64,000 nt of DNA, from positions 17,794,001 to 17,858,000 of the forward strand of contig JBHGNT010000015.1 of assembly GCA_043228905.1 (NCBI GenBank), read 5' to 3'. This document shows, in pieces, positions 24,501 through 35,700 of this stretch. The position numbers and the translations under genes were made by a program. The DNA comes from Azolla caroliniana. Lineage: Eukaryota; Plantae; Polypodiophyta. The notes under the pieces were generated by a model, which searched no databases, was not told where the DNA came from, and saw only the letters and a list, made by a program, of their open reading frames with translations. Positions within the stretch are counted from its first letter, which is position 1. The number at the start of each line of letters is the position of its first letter.

Positions 24501-25662
24501 GAAGAAAGGGAAGGAGCACCTGGTATGCCGGTTGAAGAAGAGCCTTTACGGACTGAAGCAGGCTCCCCGGCAATGGTACCGGAAGTTCGACTCCTTCATG
24601 ACCGACGAAGGGTACCACAAAACGCAGTTCGATCACTGCGTGTTTGTGAAGAAGTTCGAAGGAGGAGACTTTCTAATACTCCTGTACGTGGACGACATGT
24701 TGATCGTCGGACGGGACCAGGTCAAGATACGGATGCTGAAGAAGGCTCTTCACCGAACCTTCTCAATGAAGGACTTGGGTCCGGCGAGACAAATACTAGG
24801 GATGCACATCATCTGGGACCGGAGCAAGAAGCAGTTGTGGCTGTCACAGGAGAAGTACGTGACAAAGGTGCTTCAACGGTTCAACATGTCGGAAGCAAGA
24901 CCGGTCGGATCAACCCTCCCGGCAAACTGCAAGCTGTCCAACAAGCAAAGTCCCAAGACAAAGGCTGAAAAGGAGGATATGATGAAAGTGCCGTATGCCT
25001 CAGCCGTCGGGAGCTTGATGTACGCCATGGTGTGTACGAGACCGGACATAGGATATGCAGTCGGAGTGGTGAGCCGGTACATGAGCAATCCTGGCAAAGA
25101 GCACTGGAACGCGGTCAAGTGGATACTCCGATACCTGAAGGGCACGGCAAACGTGTGCCTCCGATTCGGCTCCGGTAAGCCCGAACTTGACGGTTTTACC
25201 GATTCGGATATGTCGGCTGATGCAGATACCAGCCGGTCCACATCCGGGTATGTGATGACCTATGCAGGGGGAGCCGTTTCGTGGCAGTCGAGGCTGCAGA
25301 AGACGGTTGCGTTGTCAACCACGGAGGCGGAGTACATGGTGGCTGTTGAAGCCGGCAAGGAAATAATATGGATGAAGGACTTCATTAGAGAGCTCGGGAT
25401 CCGGCAGGAGGAGTACCGACTCTACTGCGATAGTCAGAGTGCCATCCACCTTGCAAAGAACGCGGCCTACCATTCCCGGACGAAACACATCCAGCGTAGA
25501 TACCACTGGATCCGGGAAAGGATAGAAGACAAGGAGTTCGTGCTGACGAAGATCCACACGGACGAGAACGGGTCGGATATGCTGACCAAAGTGCTCACAT
25601 CCGACAAGCTGGAAGCATGCCGGAAGAGGATCGGATTGGAAAGACATCCCATGCCGAAGTGA
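21589..25662 (+). CDS. gag-pol: Copia B1 Gag-Pol polyprotein, uninterrupted
   Basis: Single ORF with CFHCGKPGHFRKNC zinc knuckle, WVVDSGASFH protease, HHCC and D,D,E integrase, LYVDDM RT, FTDSD RNase H. First ATG at 21589. Confidence 0.97.
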   Translation: MEGGGSGQSGMMVLNAQNYADWKIKMEDLLIVRDLYEPIDRSEIPKGVLESEWRLLNRKAVATIRQYVDVSVLQHVANDTNAYEMWRKLSGLYERKNALNRTSLMRKIVNLKYRDGESMVEHVSTFMGFVNQLAAIKFPLEDAMQAIILMCTLPESWENLVVTLSTSCTEDNLSLQTVKTSILNEEARRRDKEPASDSKALLTESERGRQWNRSPQRREKSGTRSQSRGRPTCFHCGKPGHFRKNCRHYRKDNGADDTDSKKSPERNGAYRGATDRRGPDRRGQDRKGTTALAASEEEIMLITEEGELNIAGDETTWVVDSGASFHLTPEKRYFSSYTAGEHGCVRMGNEGTCRIAGIGDVWLTTPTGCKMLLKDVRHVPEVRLNLISVGRLDDEGYTGSIRNGVMKFSKGSLIVARARKVNTLYLMNARLCPEELNVAVDTAGELWHKRLCHMSEKGMKRLAEDNLIPVKHVHLEKCTDCLAGKQNRTSFHSRPPTRRSAPLELVHTDVCQVETKSHGGAQYFVTFIDDHSRKLWTAPLKTKDQVLSVFKELHARVERESGKKLKAIRADNGGEYRGQFQEYCRSKGIRLEFTMPKTPELNGLAERMNRTIMERVRSMLAHAKLPKGFWAEAMSTATYVINRSPSVPLDGDTPQIVWTGKEVSYRHLKVFGCLAYVHVAKDRRGKLDTKTRPCIFLGYGDDEFGYRVWDPVDKKIFRSRDIIFMEDKTLADWESEKKMKSSKSTGEDKLYEEQSRPARDRLALEDPAEDGEEIEPAEEDENDTGTGPDPEMDSDEEEESEEPVTEAPERRYPLRERRAPRRFPEPEHVLLTDEGEPESFEEAKHDTQSRRWLSAMQEEMDSLHENHTYELMELPKGKRALRNKWVFKLKPGDAGNPPRYKARIVVKGFQQKKGVDFDEIFAPVVKMTSIRTVLSIAASMDLEVEQMDVKTAFLHGDLEEEIYMQQPEGFEKKGKEHLVCRLKKSLYGLKQAPRQWYRKFDSFMTDEGYHKTQFDHCVFVKKFEGGDFLILLYVDDMLIVGRDQVKIRMLKKALHRTFSMKDLGPARQILGMHIIWDRSKKQLWLSQEKYVTKVLQRFNMSEARPVGSTLPANCKLSNKQSPKTKAEKEDMMKVPYASAVGSLMYAMVCTRPDIGYAVGVVSRYMSNPGKEHWNAVKWILRYLKGTANVCLRFGSGKPELDGFTDSDMSADADTSRSTSGYVMTYAGGAVSWQSRLQKTVALSTTEAEYMVAVEAGKEIIWMKDFIRELGIRQEEYRLYCDSQSAIHLAKNAAYHSRTKHIQRRYHWIRERIEDKEFVLTKIHTDENGSDMLTKVLTSDKLEACRKRIGLERHPMPK

Positions 25663-25672
25663 AGGGGGAGTT

Positions 25673-26307
25673 TGTTGGGATTACGGTCCCTCCGGATGGG
25701 ATGATCGGATGTCCGGATATGAATGACGGCAAGCCCGGTTACGGTTACGGAGCCGGATGATGAATACCCCGGTTACGGAGCCGGATGATGAAGACCCCGG
25801 TTACGGAGCCGGATGATGAATACCCCGGTTACGGAGCCGGATGACGAATGTACCCGGAGAGAGATCCGGATGCGGGGACATATTTGTGAATATGTTTTGC
25901 CAAGAGCCCTTGAGGCTATATTTGTAAATAGCCCGAAAGTCATATGTGTATAAATATGACTTAGGGCAAACAGTTTATTGTTGTTGCTCATTTTCATGCG
26001 AAGTGAGAGCAGCCGAGAGAGAGAGAGAGAGAGAGACGAAGAGGTCGTTGCCTCTGTGTATTACCGCCGCCTGTGGCGAAGACAGTGAGCTCAAGGTTGT
26101 TGCCTTGTAGCTTCACCAGTGTACATCCCTGTTCATAGTGATAGTTGGAGTTTGAGGACTCCCGTGGTTTTTCCCATTCAGGGTTTTCCACGTTAATCCC
26201 TGTGTCATCGTGTCTTTCTCTGTGTTTCCTATTTTCTGCTCCTTTGATTCGCAATTACTCGGTTGTGGCCGAGCGAAGAAGGTAAATCGGAGCGTCGATG
26301 CTCAACA
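25673..26307 (+). repeat. 3' LTR of Copia B1 (four 28-bp U3 repeats)
   Basis: Matches the 5' LTR with one extra unit. Confidence 0.97.
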
Positions 26308-26344
26308 ATAATGTGGAGGATGTTCGTTCAAGTCTTCTCTCGCC

Positions 26345-26515
26345 CATGTAATACAATATATGGTGCACATGTAGTACATTATATGGTTTAGGATTTTAAC
26401 CATACAATATTACTTCAAATAAAACAAGACATATAGTTTTATATGTACTATAAGTATAGGGTAAATGGTAAGGTTTCAAAGTCATAAGGTGGGGTTTATT
26501 GGTTCAAGTCCTCTC
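26345..26515. repeat. Copy 2 of the about 190-bp tandem unit
   Basis: Similar to 20820-20952 plus 26313-26342. Confidence 0.7.
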
Positions 26516-29500
26516 TTGTTCAAACATTTTCTTAAATACTTTTATCCTCTTTCCAGCTACCACGTTTAGGATTAGTGTCCCATCCAATTCACTAAGCTTA
26601 TAAGTAAAGTTATCATATACTTTTCTTACTATGTAAGGCCCAAACCACCTTTCAGCGAACTTGTTGACGGTGCTATGTTGATTATCTAAACTGCTATCAT
26701 ACACAAGCACCCAATCCCCTTCTTCTATCTTCTTATGTCGAATTCTATGAGTTTTATCAAAACAAATTTTATTCTTTAGTCGAGCCTCCTTCAATCGTTG
26801 GACTGCTAATTCTACATCTTTAGGCTGACGTTGTAATTGTTGAATTCGCAAAGCAAGCAATTCTTCTCTACTCAGCTCTTCTCTCCATGGAATAGATGTC
26901 CATGACATAATTGATTCTTCTATTGGAATGATGGGCTTTTGGCCAAGTATCAATTCAGCTGGCATATATCCTATTACCGAACTATGTGTTGTCTGATCTG
27001 CCCATAGTGCATAAGGTAGCATGTGTAGCCAATCTCTTATTCTACCTTTACAAATTTTCACGATCGCCTTAACTATTGGGCTAGTAATGTCCTCTTTCCA
27101 TCTTTCCATTAGCCTTTGGATTATATGCAGTTGTAAGCGATAATTTGACCCCTATCCGGCTGAAGAATTCTTTAGCTTCATCAGAATCAAGTTCTCCTCT
27201 ATCTGCAATTATTTTACCAACACACCCATAACGACATATTACACCTTCTAACAAAAATTTACATACAGCTCTAGTTGTTGTTTTTTGTCGTAGCAGTCTT
27301 CCTTCTACTTGGTTTTTAAGGTCTTCTCTTGCTAGTACGAACAAAATATCGCATTTGACCTTCCCCAAGTGGCATTGTCACTAGATCGACCATCCATTTA
27401 TAATGCATTGATGATGAATATGTTGGTTTTAGCTCATCTCGATACCGAATAGTTGAATACCTCTAGCAGACCTCACAGAATTCCACAAATTTCGTTACAT
27501 CTTTATACATATGTGGCCACCAATACTTTTCTTTCAACTTCATAAATGTCGCCCATATGCCTCTATGTCCTGCCCACAAACTATCATGGAATTCACTAAT
27601 TAATTTTCTCTTAATGACATACTTACAAATGACTCGAAGAGAATTTTCGGTTGGCCTTTTTGGATGCCTCCATAAATTCCCTTCATGTAAAAAAAACTTG
27701 AATGCCCGTCTTTGAAATTCATTTAATTGTTTCTTCGACCATGATGGGTTGGCTTCTTGAGTCTTTAGAAAATTTCCTATTTCTAACCATTGACCTTCAT
27801 ACTCCATGTCTTTGAACATTATGCTTACATTAAACTCATCATGAGGCTTAATAGATACTTGATGAGCAACTTGATGTCTTGTAGTTGCCCAATTCTTATC
27901 TTCAGCTTGCATCACCCTTTCATTTATGAACCCTTTATATGCCGTAATTAAATTTGTCGCACCTTGAGGTAGAGTGCACATTCGAACCAACCCAACTGGT
28001 GTTTTCATTGTTGTGATATTGCAACTATCAATTGCTAGTTGAAATTGGTTGTATCCTGAATATAGGTCTCCCATAGAGTAAATCACTCTCCCAGCAAAAG
28101 CTTATGCAAATTCATCAACAATCAATCTGATTCTTGCATTTCGGATTGTGATTTTGTTGATTGGTTGTAGATCTTGAATGAATCTTAGAGAACCATCTTT
28201 CTTTGGAACTGTGAACCATCTATTGGAATATGGTGCATTTGAAGGCTCTAAAATCTTCATCTCGACTTTATCCTTCAGCAGCTCCAACAATTGAGGTAAT
28301 CAAGCTCTCGATATTGCAATAGGTTTAAAATTCCAAGGAATATAAGGGATAGTAAATATTACCATTGGCGTCACCACCTTTGGATCTACACAACCAATCT
28401 CCTCAGCTTTGAATATGAATGCTTTCCCATGCTTAAAGATCATTTCTTTGAAAGTCGTGATCTCTGATTGCAGAAGAAATTCACCCCCTCTGATTCTCAA
28501 GTTATTTATTGTCTCTGAAGTGAAGTGATGTCCGATCTTTTCTATTGGTCGAAGCATAGGCTTGGTTGCTATTGCCTCCATCTTCTCTTCACTACCAATA
28601 GGTAATGGTACTGCAACAAGTTTGACCTTTTTATCTATTGTTTTGTATTTTTTATTACATAAACTTTCTACTTCATATTTACAATTATACCTATCAATCT
28701 CATAATACATATCAATTGCGTTTACATGTATCTAACACTCTCATCATCTTCTTTCAAATACATTTCTAACTCTTCTATAGTATTTATAAAAGAAATTTCT
28801 TCCATAACACTTTCAATGTGCTCTTCCATTATCCTTCAATGCCTGTTGAAACAAATTAGCATTCTTTTTCAAGTTCCTCTTGTATTCATGCATCCTAGTC
28901 ACACATATAGCACCACTTTCAGAAACATGAAATGACTTATTCATATGTTGTAATGCCCTACGTGAGGGTCTTTTAATAATGGGACTATTGCAGCCCTCAT
29001 TTGCAACAGTCCTAGTCAAAAACCTGATTATCAAAATCATCACATTCTTTTGGTATCGAATGACCACGAAGCTCTTGCTTGTTCCTCTCATGATTCGGGC
29101 GAACTGTCATAAACTGTATAGTTCGTCGTCCATCTTGGCTACAGATTTTCGCATAAGCAGAACCATTGTCGAGGACTTTGGCCTCCATCCGTACCGTTGT
29201 GATGTATGGTTGTGCCAAGATTATTAGTTAGGTAGATCCTTCCTGCACAAAGAAATGTTGATCTACCTCTATATCACCAATAATAACCTTTACATTTGGG
29301 CATGCACCAAATAAATCTTTAGTGACTTATGTGACTGCTTTTACGCGCCAACCATGTTGAGTATCAATTGCCACTCTACCTTTCCTATAAAAATCAGCAC
29401 TCATTATATTTATTTCAGAACCATGATCAATAAGTGCCATCACACCGGGTCTGGAACATTTCCAATCTTCACAAGATGCTCAGTAGTGGCTCTTGCCCAA

Positions 29501-30258
29501 CATTTGCGAGAGTAGTGGCTTCTTGTATCTGTTGAACTTATCATTGAGGTTGATGCATGTTTAGAATCAACAATGATATTGTTCGACTCATTGCTCACCA
29601 CTTCATATGCCACCTTCGGATTTGTCTCTTTAACTTGCTCATTTACTTGCTTCTTTCTTCGCACAATATCAATTATTTCATCATGAAATTCCTTTGTTGC
29701 AATACCTAACACTTCTCTTAGTGTAAATTCTACTCGGCTATCTAGTATTCTTGTTTCTAAAATTTTCTTTAAATCTGTATCCTTTTCAATATCAAACATT
29801 AATTTGAATGAAGAACCAAATTTACCTTTTTCAACTTTTGCGTCCATCTCTTTTCTTTTGCTTTCTCTTGTTTCATGCTTTTTTGTTTCATCCGGGCTTT
29901 TCCTTTTTTCTTCCACTATCACCTCATCGTCTTAGTGTTCTGCCATCTGAGCATAGACTGTCATAGCATCTACCGGAACATCCCATCCAGTATTTTTCCT
30001 TACAAAATCTCCAACAACACGAAGGTCTTCCATCTTCAGCTTTTGCTTTTGTGTGGAACTTACAACCTTGTCCCCGAATGATGATCAACATGGCATGTCA
30101 TCAAGACGCGTTCCTGTCATTGCCGAATAGTACATTACAGAAGCCTTCCTTGCTTCAGCTTCTTCAAACTTAACCTTAACACCACCATCACCAAAGTTCT
30201 TTGTCAGTGGACTTCTTGTTTCAGTTAAGTAAATGTTACCATTTTCCCAATACACCAA
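26504..30258 (-). mobile_element. Gypsy G: old AT-rich Ty3/Gypsy remnant (gag end, protease, partial RT, integrase)
   Basis: ALIDHGSEINIM protease (about 29400-29440), RWFTVPKKDGSLRFIQDLQPINK and DLYSGYNQF (RT), H-GH-C-C zinc domain, IADRGEL and TAYNPKANGKMERGH integrase core, WFGPY. Most RT and RNase H deleted after LPQGATN (about 27950). No 3' LTR. Confidence 0.9.
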
Positions 30259-30680
30259 TGTCAAAGTAATCGTGCGGAAGCGTTTGACAAACCGGCTCTG
30301 CCGAATAGCAACAGAAAATGAGATGAAGCTTTAATGGAGAAGCTTAATACACAGAGAGTATACGCGGGAGAGACAGAGAGAGCAAAACATAAATGTAGAT
30401 TCAAAAAATAAAAACACTCTGTACATACAACGTGCTAAACAACACTATTTATACAAGTCCTCAAAAGGACTGACAGAAGTACTATGTACTTCAATGCTTA
30501 TACGAGCAACTAACACTAACTACGAGACAGTGATTACCTAGTAGTCTAGGCTACTACTAGGCTTCTGGTTCGCCCTCGAATCCGACTCTCTGATCCGTCT
30601 CCCCGATCCGGTCGGTTGTTTCCGAATACCGATCCGGCTTGTCCTTCTGGATGCCGATCCGGATCCAGTTGAGCTTGCTC
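30259..30680 (-). repeat. 3' LTR of Copia C (PPT-proximal terminus eroded)
   Basis: TGTCAA at 30259; homologous to LTR 3285-3722; PPT complement TCCCCCTCAA 30681-30690. Confidence 0.75.
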
Positions 30681-31671
30681 TCCCCCTCAAGCTCAACTTG
30701 AGGTCCGATCATGGTGTTAGTGTTTGTGGCAGCCGGTCCATCCATCCGGCTCCTTCTAGCGTCATTTGGCGTTGCTCACGCTCCTCGTTCGGTCCGGTTC
30801 CGCTTCCCGCGACCCGTCCGGTACTGCGCACCTCGACCTCCTCGATCAGCTTGTCTGCTCTACATGCCCATTTTAGCTCTTTCAGACCATGTCCGGGTCT
30901 TGGCTTTCTCCTTCCGGTCGGCTCTGTCCTTCTTGACTCTGCTCATCCCCCCCCTTGGTTCTTTCTTCCCCTCTAGCTCCTTGTCTAGTGCCTTTGCCCA
31001 TTCCTGTTCTCCCCCTCAAGTGTGGCACGTCGAGATGTTATACACCAAGAATTTCGGTGAAGTGTTGCAACTTGTCCGATCCGAGCGGTTTGGTGAACAT
31101 GTCGGAAACTTGCCGATCCGTCTAAACATACCGAAGTTCGACTTCACTGCTCAACACCCGCTCATGCACAAAGTGATATTGGACTTCTATGTGCTTCGTC
31201 CGACCATGGAACACGGGGTTCTTGGCGAGCTGAATGTTGTTCATGTTGTCACAGTAGATCAGGATCGAGGTTGGTGCCTCAATCCGTAGGTCTTGCAGCA
31301 GTCGTCGAAGCTAGATGGCTTCACAAGTGGCAATGGTAGCGCCCCGGTATTCAACCTCAATGTTCGACAGAGCCACCGTTGGTTGCTTTTTGCTGCTCCA
31401 CGCAACAGCCACGCTACCAAGAGAAAACATGTAACCAGAGGTGGATCGGCGATCCGATGCATCACCAGCCCAGTCGGCATCGGTATATCCGACTAGCTTC
31501 CCAACTATACCTTGTCGGTATAACAGTCCCCGGTCCTTCATGCCACTAACATACCGGAGTATCCAGTGTGCACACTAAAGATGCTCGACGGTTGGCTTCT
31601 GCATGAACTAGTTGATCACTCCGACTGGATAACTGATGTCAAGTCAGGTGATTGTCAAGTAGATAAGGCTC

Positions 31672-32212
31672 TGTTAAGCGTTGGGATAAAAACACAACCA
31701 GTCACGAATAAGAACGCATCAAGAAGGACATAGTACGAAGAGGAAATGACCAAATGTGAAAGGCCCATACCCTAAACGTGAAAGCTATATAAACCACATA
31801 GTAGTGACTTTGTGGGGGTTCTCCCATTTGTAAAGATCTCCTATTGATTAGAGCTAGAGCTTCCTCTCCTCTTTCTTGTAACCTTTGAGCTTAAGAGAGA
31901 TTAGTGAAGTGTTGAGTTAGAGAACACTAATCTCTCTCCTTGTTGGTGCTAGACCTCTTAACAAAGAGGGTTAATAATAGACATACTCTTGCTTCTTATT
32001 GTCTATACCTATTGATCTATTGTCTACGAGAGAGAGCTTGAGAGAGTGAGAGAGATATCTTGCTTAATCATTTACTAATCGTTGAGTGAGTGTGAGGCTC
32101 GGAGTTATCCGACAACCATCTCTGCCCGATTCGCCATCAAGAGGGTATATGCCGGTCCGAATCCTACCATGACATCGAGGAGCTTACTCCATCGATACAT
32201 AGATCCTTAACA
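31672..32212 (+). repeat. 5' LTR of Gypsy D
   Basis: TGTTAAG...CTTAACA inverted termini; matches 62778-63345. Confidence 0.96.
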
Positions 32213-32323
32213 TCTATTTGGCGCCACTATCGGGGATACGACCGACGCTTGAAGCCCATTTTCGAGTAGTCAAAAACTCGGAGGCAAACCACTCAACGAA
32301 GGAAGAAATCGCAAGAGAACCAA

Positions 32324-32529
32324 CATTTTCTGTTTTTTCATCATTTCATAGTTTAACTAAGTTCCATTTTCTATTTTTTCATCATTTCATAGTTTAATTA
32401 AGTTCCATTTTCTGTTTTTTCATCATTTCATAGTTTAATTAAGTTCCATTTTCTGTTTTTTTCATCATTTCATAGTTTAATTAAGTTCCATTTTCTATTT
32501 AGTTTTTCATTTCATAGTTTAATTAATTC
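32324..32529 (+). repeat. Five tandem copies of an about 41-bp U-rich unit in the Gypsy D leader
   Basis: CATTTTCT(G/A)TTTTTTCATCATTTCATAGTTTAATTAAGTTC repeated. Confidence 0.9.
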
Positions 32530-32772
32530 GATTTTTTGTTCATTCGCTCGGTTAACATTAAACATTGTGGAGATTAGGCCATTACGGGGCAAGCATAATC
32601 ACCGCGAGTCTCACGGCTTACGATCACTCCACGGGTCACGAAGCAACCGTTGGCGCCAAAAAGTTTGAATTTCCCACGCAAAGCTCGTCGAAAGAACATC
32701 CTTCGACGAATCTTCAACCTTCGACGAAGATTCAACCTTCGACGAACCTATAAAAAAGCTTGACCAGAAAAC

Positions 32773-35700
32773 ATGGCCGGATCCTTATGGACAGAAATGT
32801 TCAAAACCCGACCCGCACGCCTGGAGGAGTCCACGCAAACCGACCAAACCCACGATGTTGGCCCACCTAACCCGACTCAGTACCACAGAGGGTGGCTAAC
32901 TCCGGGGATACTACCAAACATGAACCTCCCATCGAGCCCAAGAACTAAAGCACTTCTCAACACACCCCCACTACAGGAGAGCCCAATGGCAGACCCACTT
33001 AGTGTAGAACGACATATACGAGACACAGTGCAAGAGTTACGGGTACAACTTGCGAAAGGAGGACAACCGGAAAGCACCACTCAAGATATCGAAGCCGCTT
33101 TGGCAGAAAGGAAGGATAGATTCGCACGAGTGCAACAAAAACTTCACCGCCTAGAAACGTCGTCGCACATACACCGCCGAAGTTAGGAGCACAGCCCCGT
33201 ACCGCGTTCGAGCACAACGGGCGATAGCCCGAACGAAACCCGCGCACAATGACACCTGACACCACCACGCATGGGCACAATCCCTACACCTGACCAAGCT
33301 ACCCCTACACCTCCAAACGCCGAACTTGCACTAGCGCTACAATCCATACAAACTCTCGTAGCATTGATGGAAAAAGAGCGAGCACCCATAGACCATCCGA
33401 GAAACCTCACAAATGACAGTGGGAAGAGTGCTTCCATTTCTAAACTAGTACCTCGTTTCCTCTATTTCGGCGATGCCTATGACCATGTCGAGAGGTTCAA
33501 ACAAATTTGTTGCGCTTATGAACCCCTCACAGAGATCACCAAGGTAGCCGCGTTTGGACTCACACTTGATGACCAAGCCGGAATCTGGTTTCAAACCTTG
33601 AATGAAGACATCGCCGCCGATTTCGAGTATGTCATTGAGGATTTTTTGATAAACTCCGCTCGTAGAGGGAATAAATGGAACCCGATTGACCAACTTTTCG
33701 CCCTCAAACAAGAAGCGAACGAAACGGTCAGGGACTACATACGTCGCACGAAAAGCCTGCATCATCGTTGTAGTTAGAACGACAAGATGTCGGATGACAA
33801 GTTGATGAGCCGTTTCATTAATGGGTTGTTTGATACGACACTCCAAAATTTCTTGATTGCCAGGATGTGTCGATCGTTTGCTGAAGCCTGCACAATAGTG
33901 ATGACCTTTGAAGATTCGATGAGTGGATTACACATACCCACTCACGCACCCACGAACAACCGCAAGAAATCCTCCGACTCCACCCCTGCTCCACCCACAC
34001 CACCGCGAACACCCCATATAGAAAGACCCCAAGAATATTCCCAACGAGAAAATGTAAGGTGCACGGTATGTCACGGACACCACACGGGACATGAGTGTCC
34101 CCTCCTTCATCAACGACGGCCGCAATACTGTAAGTGGTGCAAAGCTTTCATAATGCATACGCAAGGGAACTGTTGGCAAGCCCCCACTGGAAGGTACAGC
34201 CAAACGCCAATGGTGGAACACCCATGCTCTCTCGGACCACTTAGCCATCCACCACTACCAGCGATACTCCCTCAACAACCCCCACTACCGCGCATCGGCG
34301 CCTGCCTCGTTGAACTAGAGTATACCACAGATAACCAAACCCAGGTCGGAGCGAGCACCCCCGAATATGAAGACCCGTACAGGGAGTATGTCATTGAAGA
34401 AGAGGTGTTGTCCCATTTCGTGGATTTTGAAGGCGACCAAATACCAGTGTACGTCCTGAGAGGGGAACAACGTGGACCCCCTATGGGATACCGCAACAAC
34501 AATGGTCCAAGGAGGTCCGAATTGAAATGCTTCAACTGCCAAGGCCCACATATGGTTAGCGAGTGCCCAACCAAACATGAGTACTACAACCGGATGGCCC
34601 AACGACCACGACACCTCCCACTCGACACGCCTCCGCAACCACTGGCGCAAGGGCCCACCCAACAATCGCAAGACCTCATCGAATGGTTCCAAAGACAAGC
34701 ATCATGCCCAGGGTGCGGTAAAGAACACCTAGTACCTGATTGCCCGGAAAAGAAGAAAAGGGTCAGCACAAATCTGTTGTCCATTGTACCATCCACGATC
34801 AATGCCAATGTCATCACACGAGCCCAACGAGTAGCACACAATTTAAAATACCAAGATCAAGGTCTCCCCGTGACCGCACATAAGAGACGCAAATCTAGAA
34901 AGAATAATTCCACGCAGACCTCAAAACAAGATCAAGAACCGAAGGGAGACATAGAAACATTACCCGTCAATCTGAATCAAGAACTGTCGGCGCACATAAC
35001 GGCATACCCAAACCCAGTAGCTAAGAAACAAAAAGTAGAAGAATACATCAAACTCATACACCACGAACAGTTTGAAAAATCACTTAGCCTCCCCAGCTTA
35101 AACATCGAGCAACTAGAAGAATGGGTAAACCCCTCACCTCCCCCCGTCGTCACACCAACCGACTCCCCCGTTTGCCATCCTACCTCGATCAAAGAGGTCA
35201 ACACAACTCTACTCCAACAAATCTTAAATTTACGATTGCGACTCACATTACGCGAAGTGCAGAGCTACATTGGCACCTTCACCACCGACAACCCCCTGCT
35301 ACGACCTCTACTCGCCAAGGAAATAGAGTTCATGCTCGAAGAACTACTCAAACTCGACGTTCAACCGTGGCACGACGTCCTCCGACGCCTCAATGGTGGC
35401 CTATCGGCGGGATATGGTGAAGGGATACACACCCACACTCCCCACACGTGCACAGTCCTCAAACAACCCGAAGGACCGCCAGTAGACATCCACGAAGCCC
35501 ACTTCGAGAGCGACGACACTAGTTTCACTCTACCAGTCTGTGTCAATGGTAAGACGTGTGACGCCATCATTGACACCGGAGCAGGGGTAAGTATCGTCAG
35601 TTACGAATGTTGGCATAAGTGGGGGAGCCCAAAAATGTTGCCTTTTGATGTCAAACTACGAATGGCAGACGTGTCCATCCAAAGACTGGAAGGCATGATT

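Larger units (their letters stand above)
20953..26307 (+). mobile_element. Copia B1: young, intact Ty1/Copia element
   Basis: LTRs 20953-21559 and 25673-26307, about 2 substitutions plus one 28-bp repeat unit different. Perfect TSD ATAAT (20948-20952, 26308-26312). Met PBS 21563-21575. PPT GAAGGGGGAG 25661-25670. Confidence 0.98.

Noticed and set aside
21568-25652. Many short antisense and alternative-frame ORFs repeated in B1 and B3
   Set aside because: Shadows of the GC-rich gag-pol frame; they recur only because the copies are near-identical.
31790-32059. About 270 bp identical between Gypsy D LTRs while the ends differ (possible gene conversion)
   Set aside because: The stretch has almost no CG sites, so low deamination-driven mutation explains much of it; not separable by eye.
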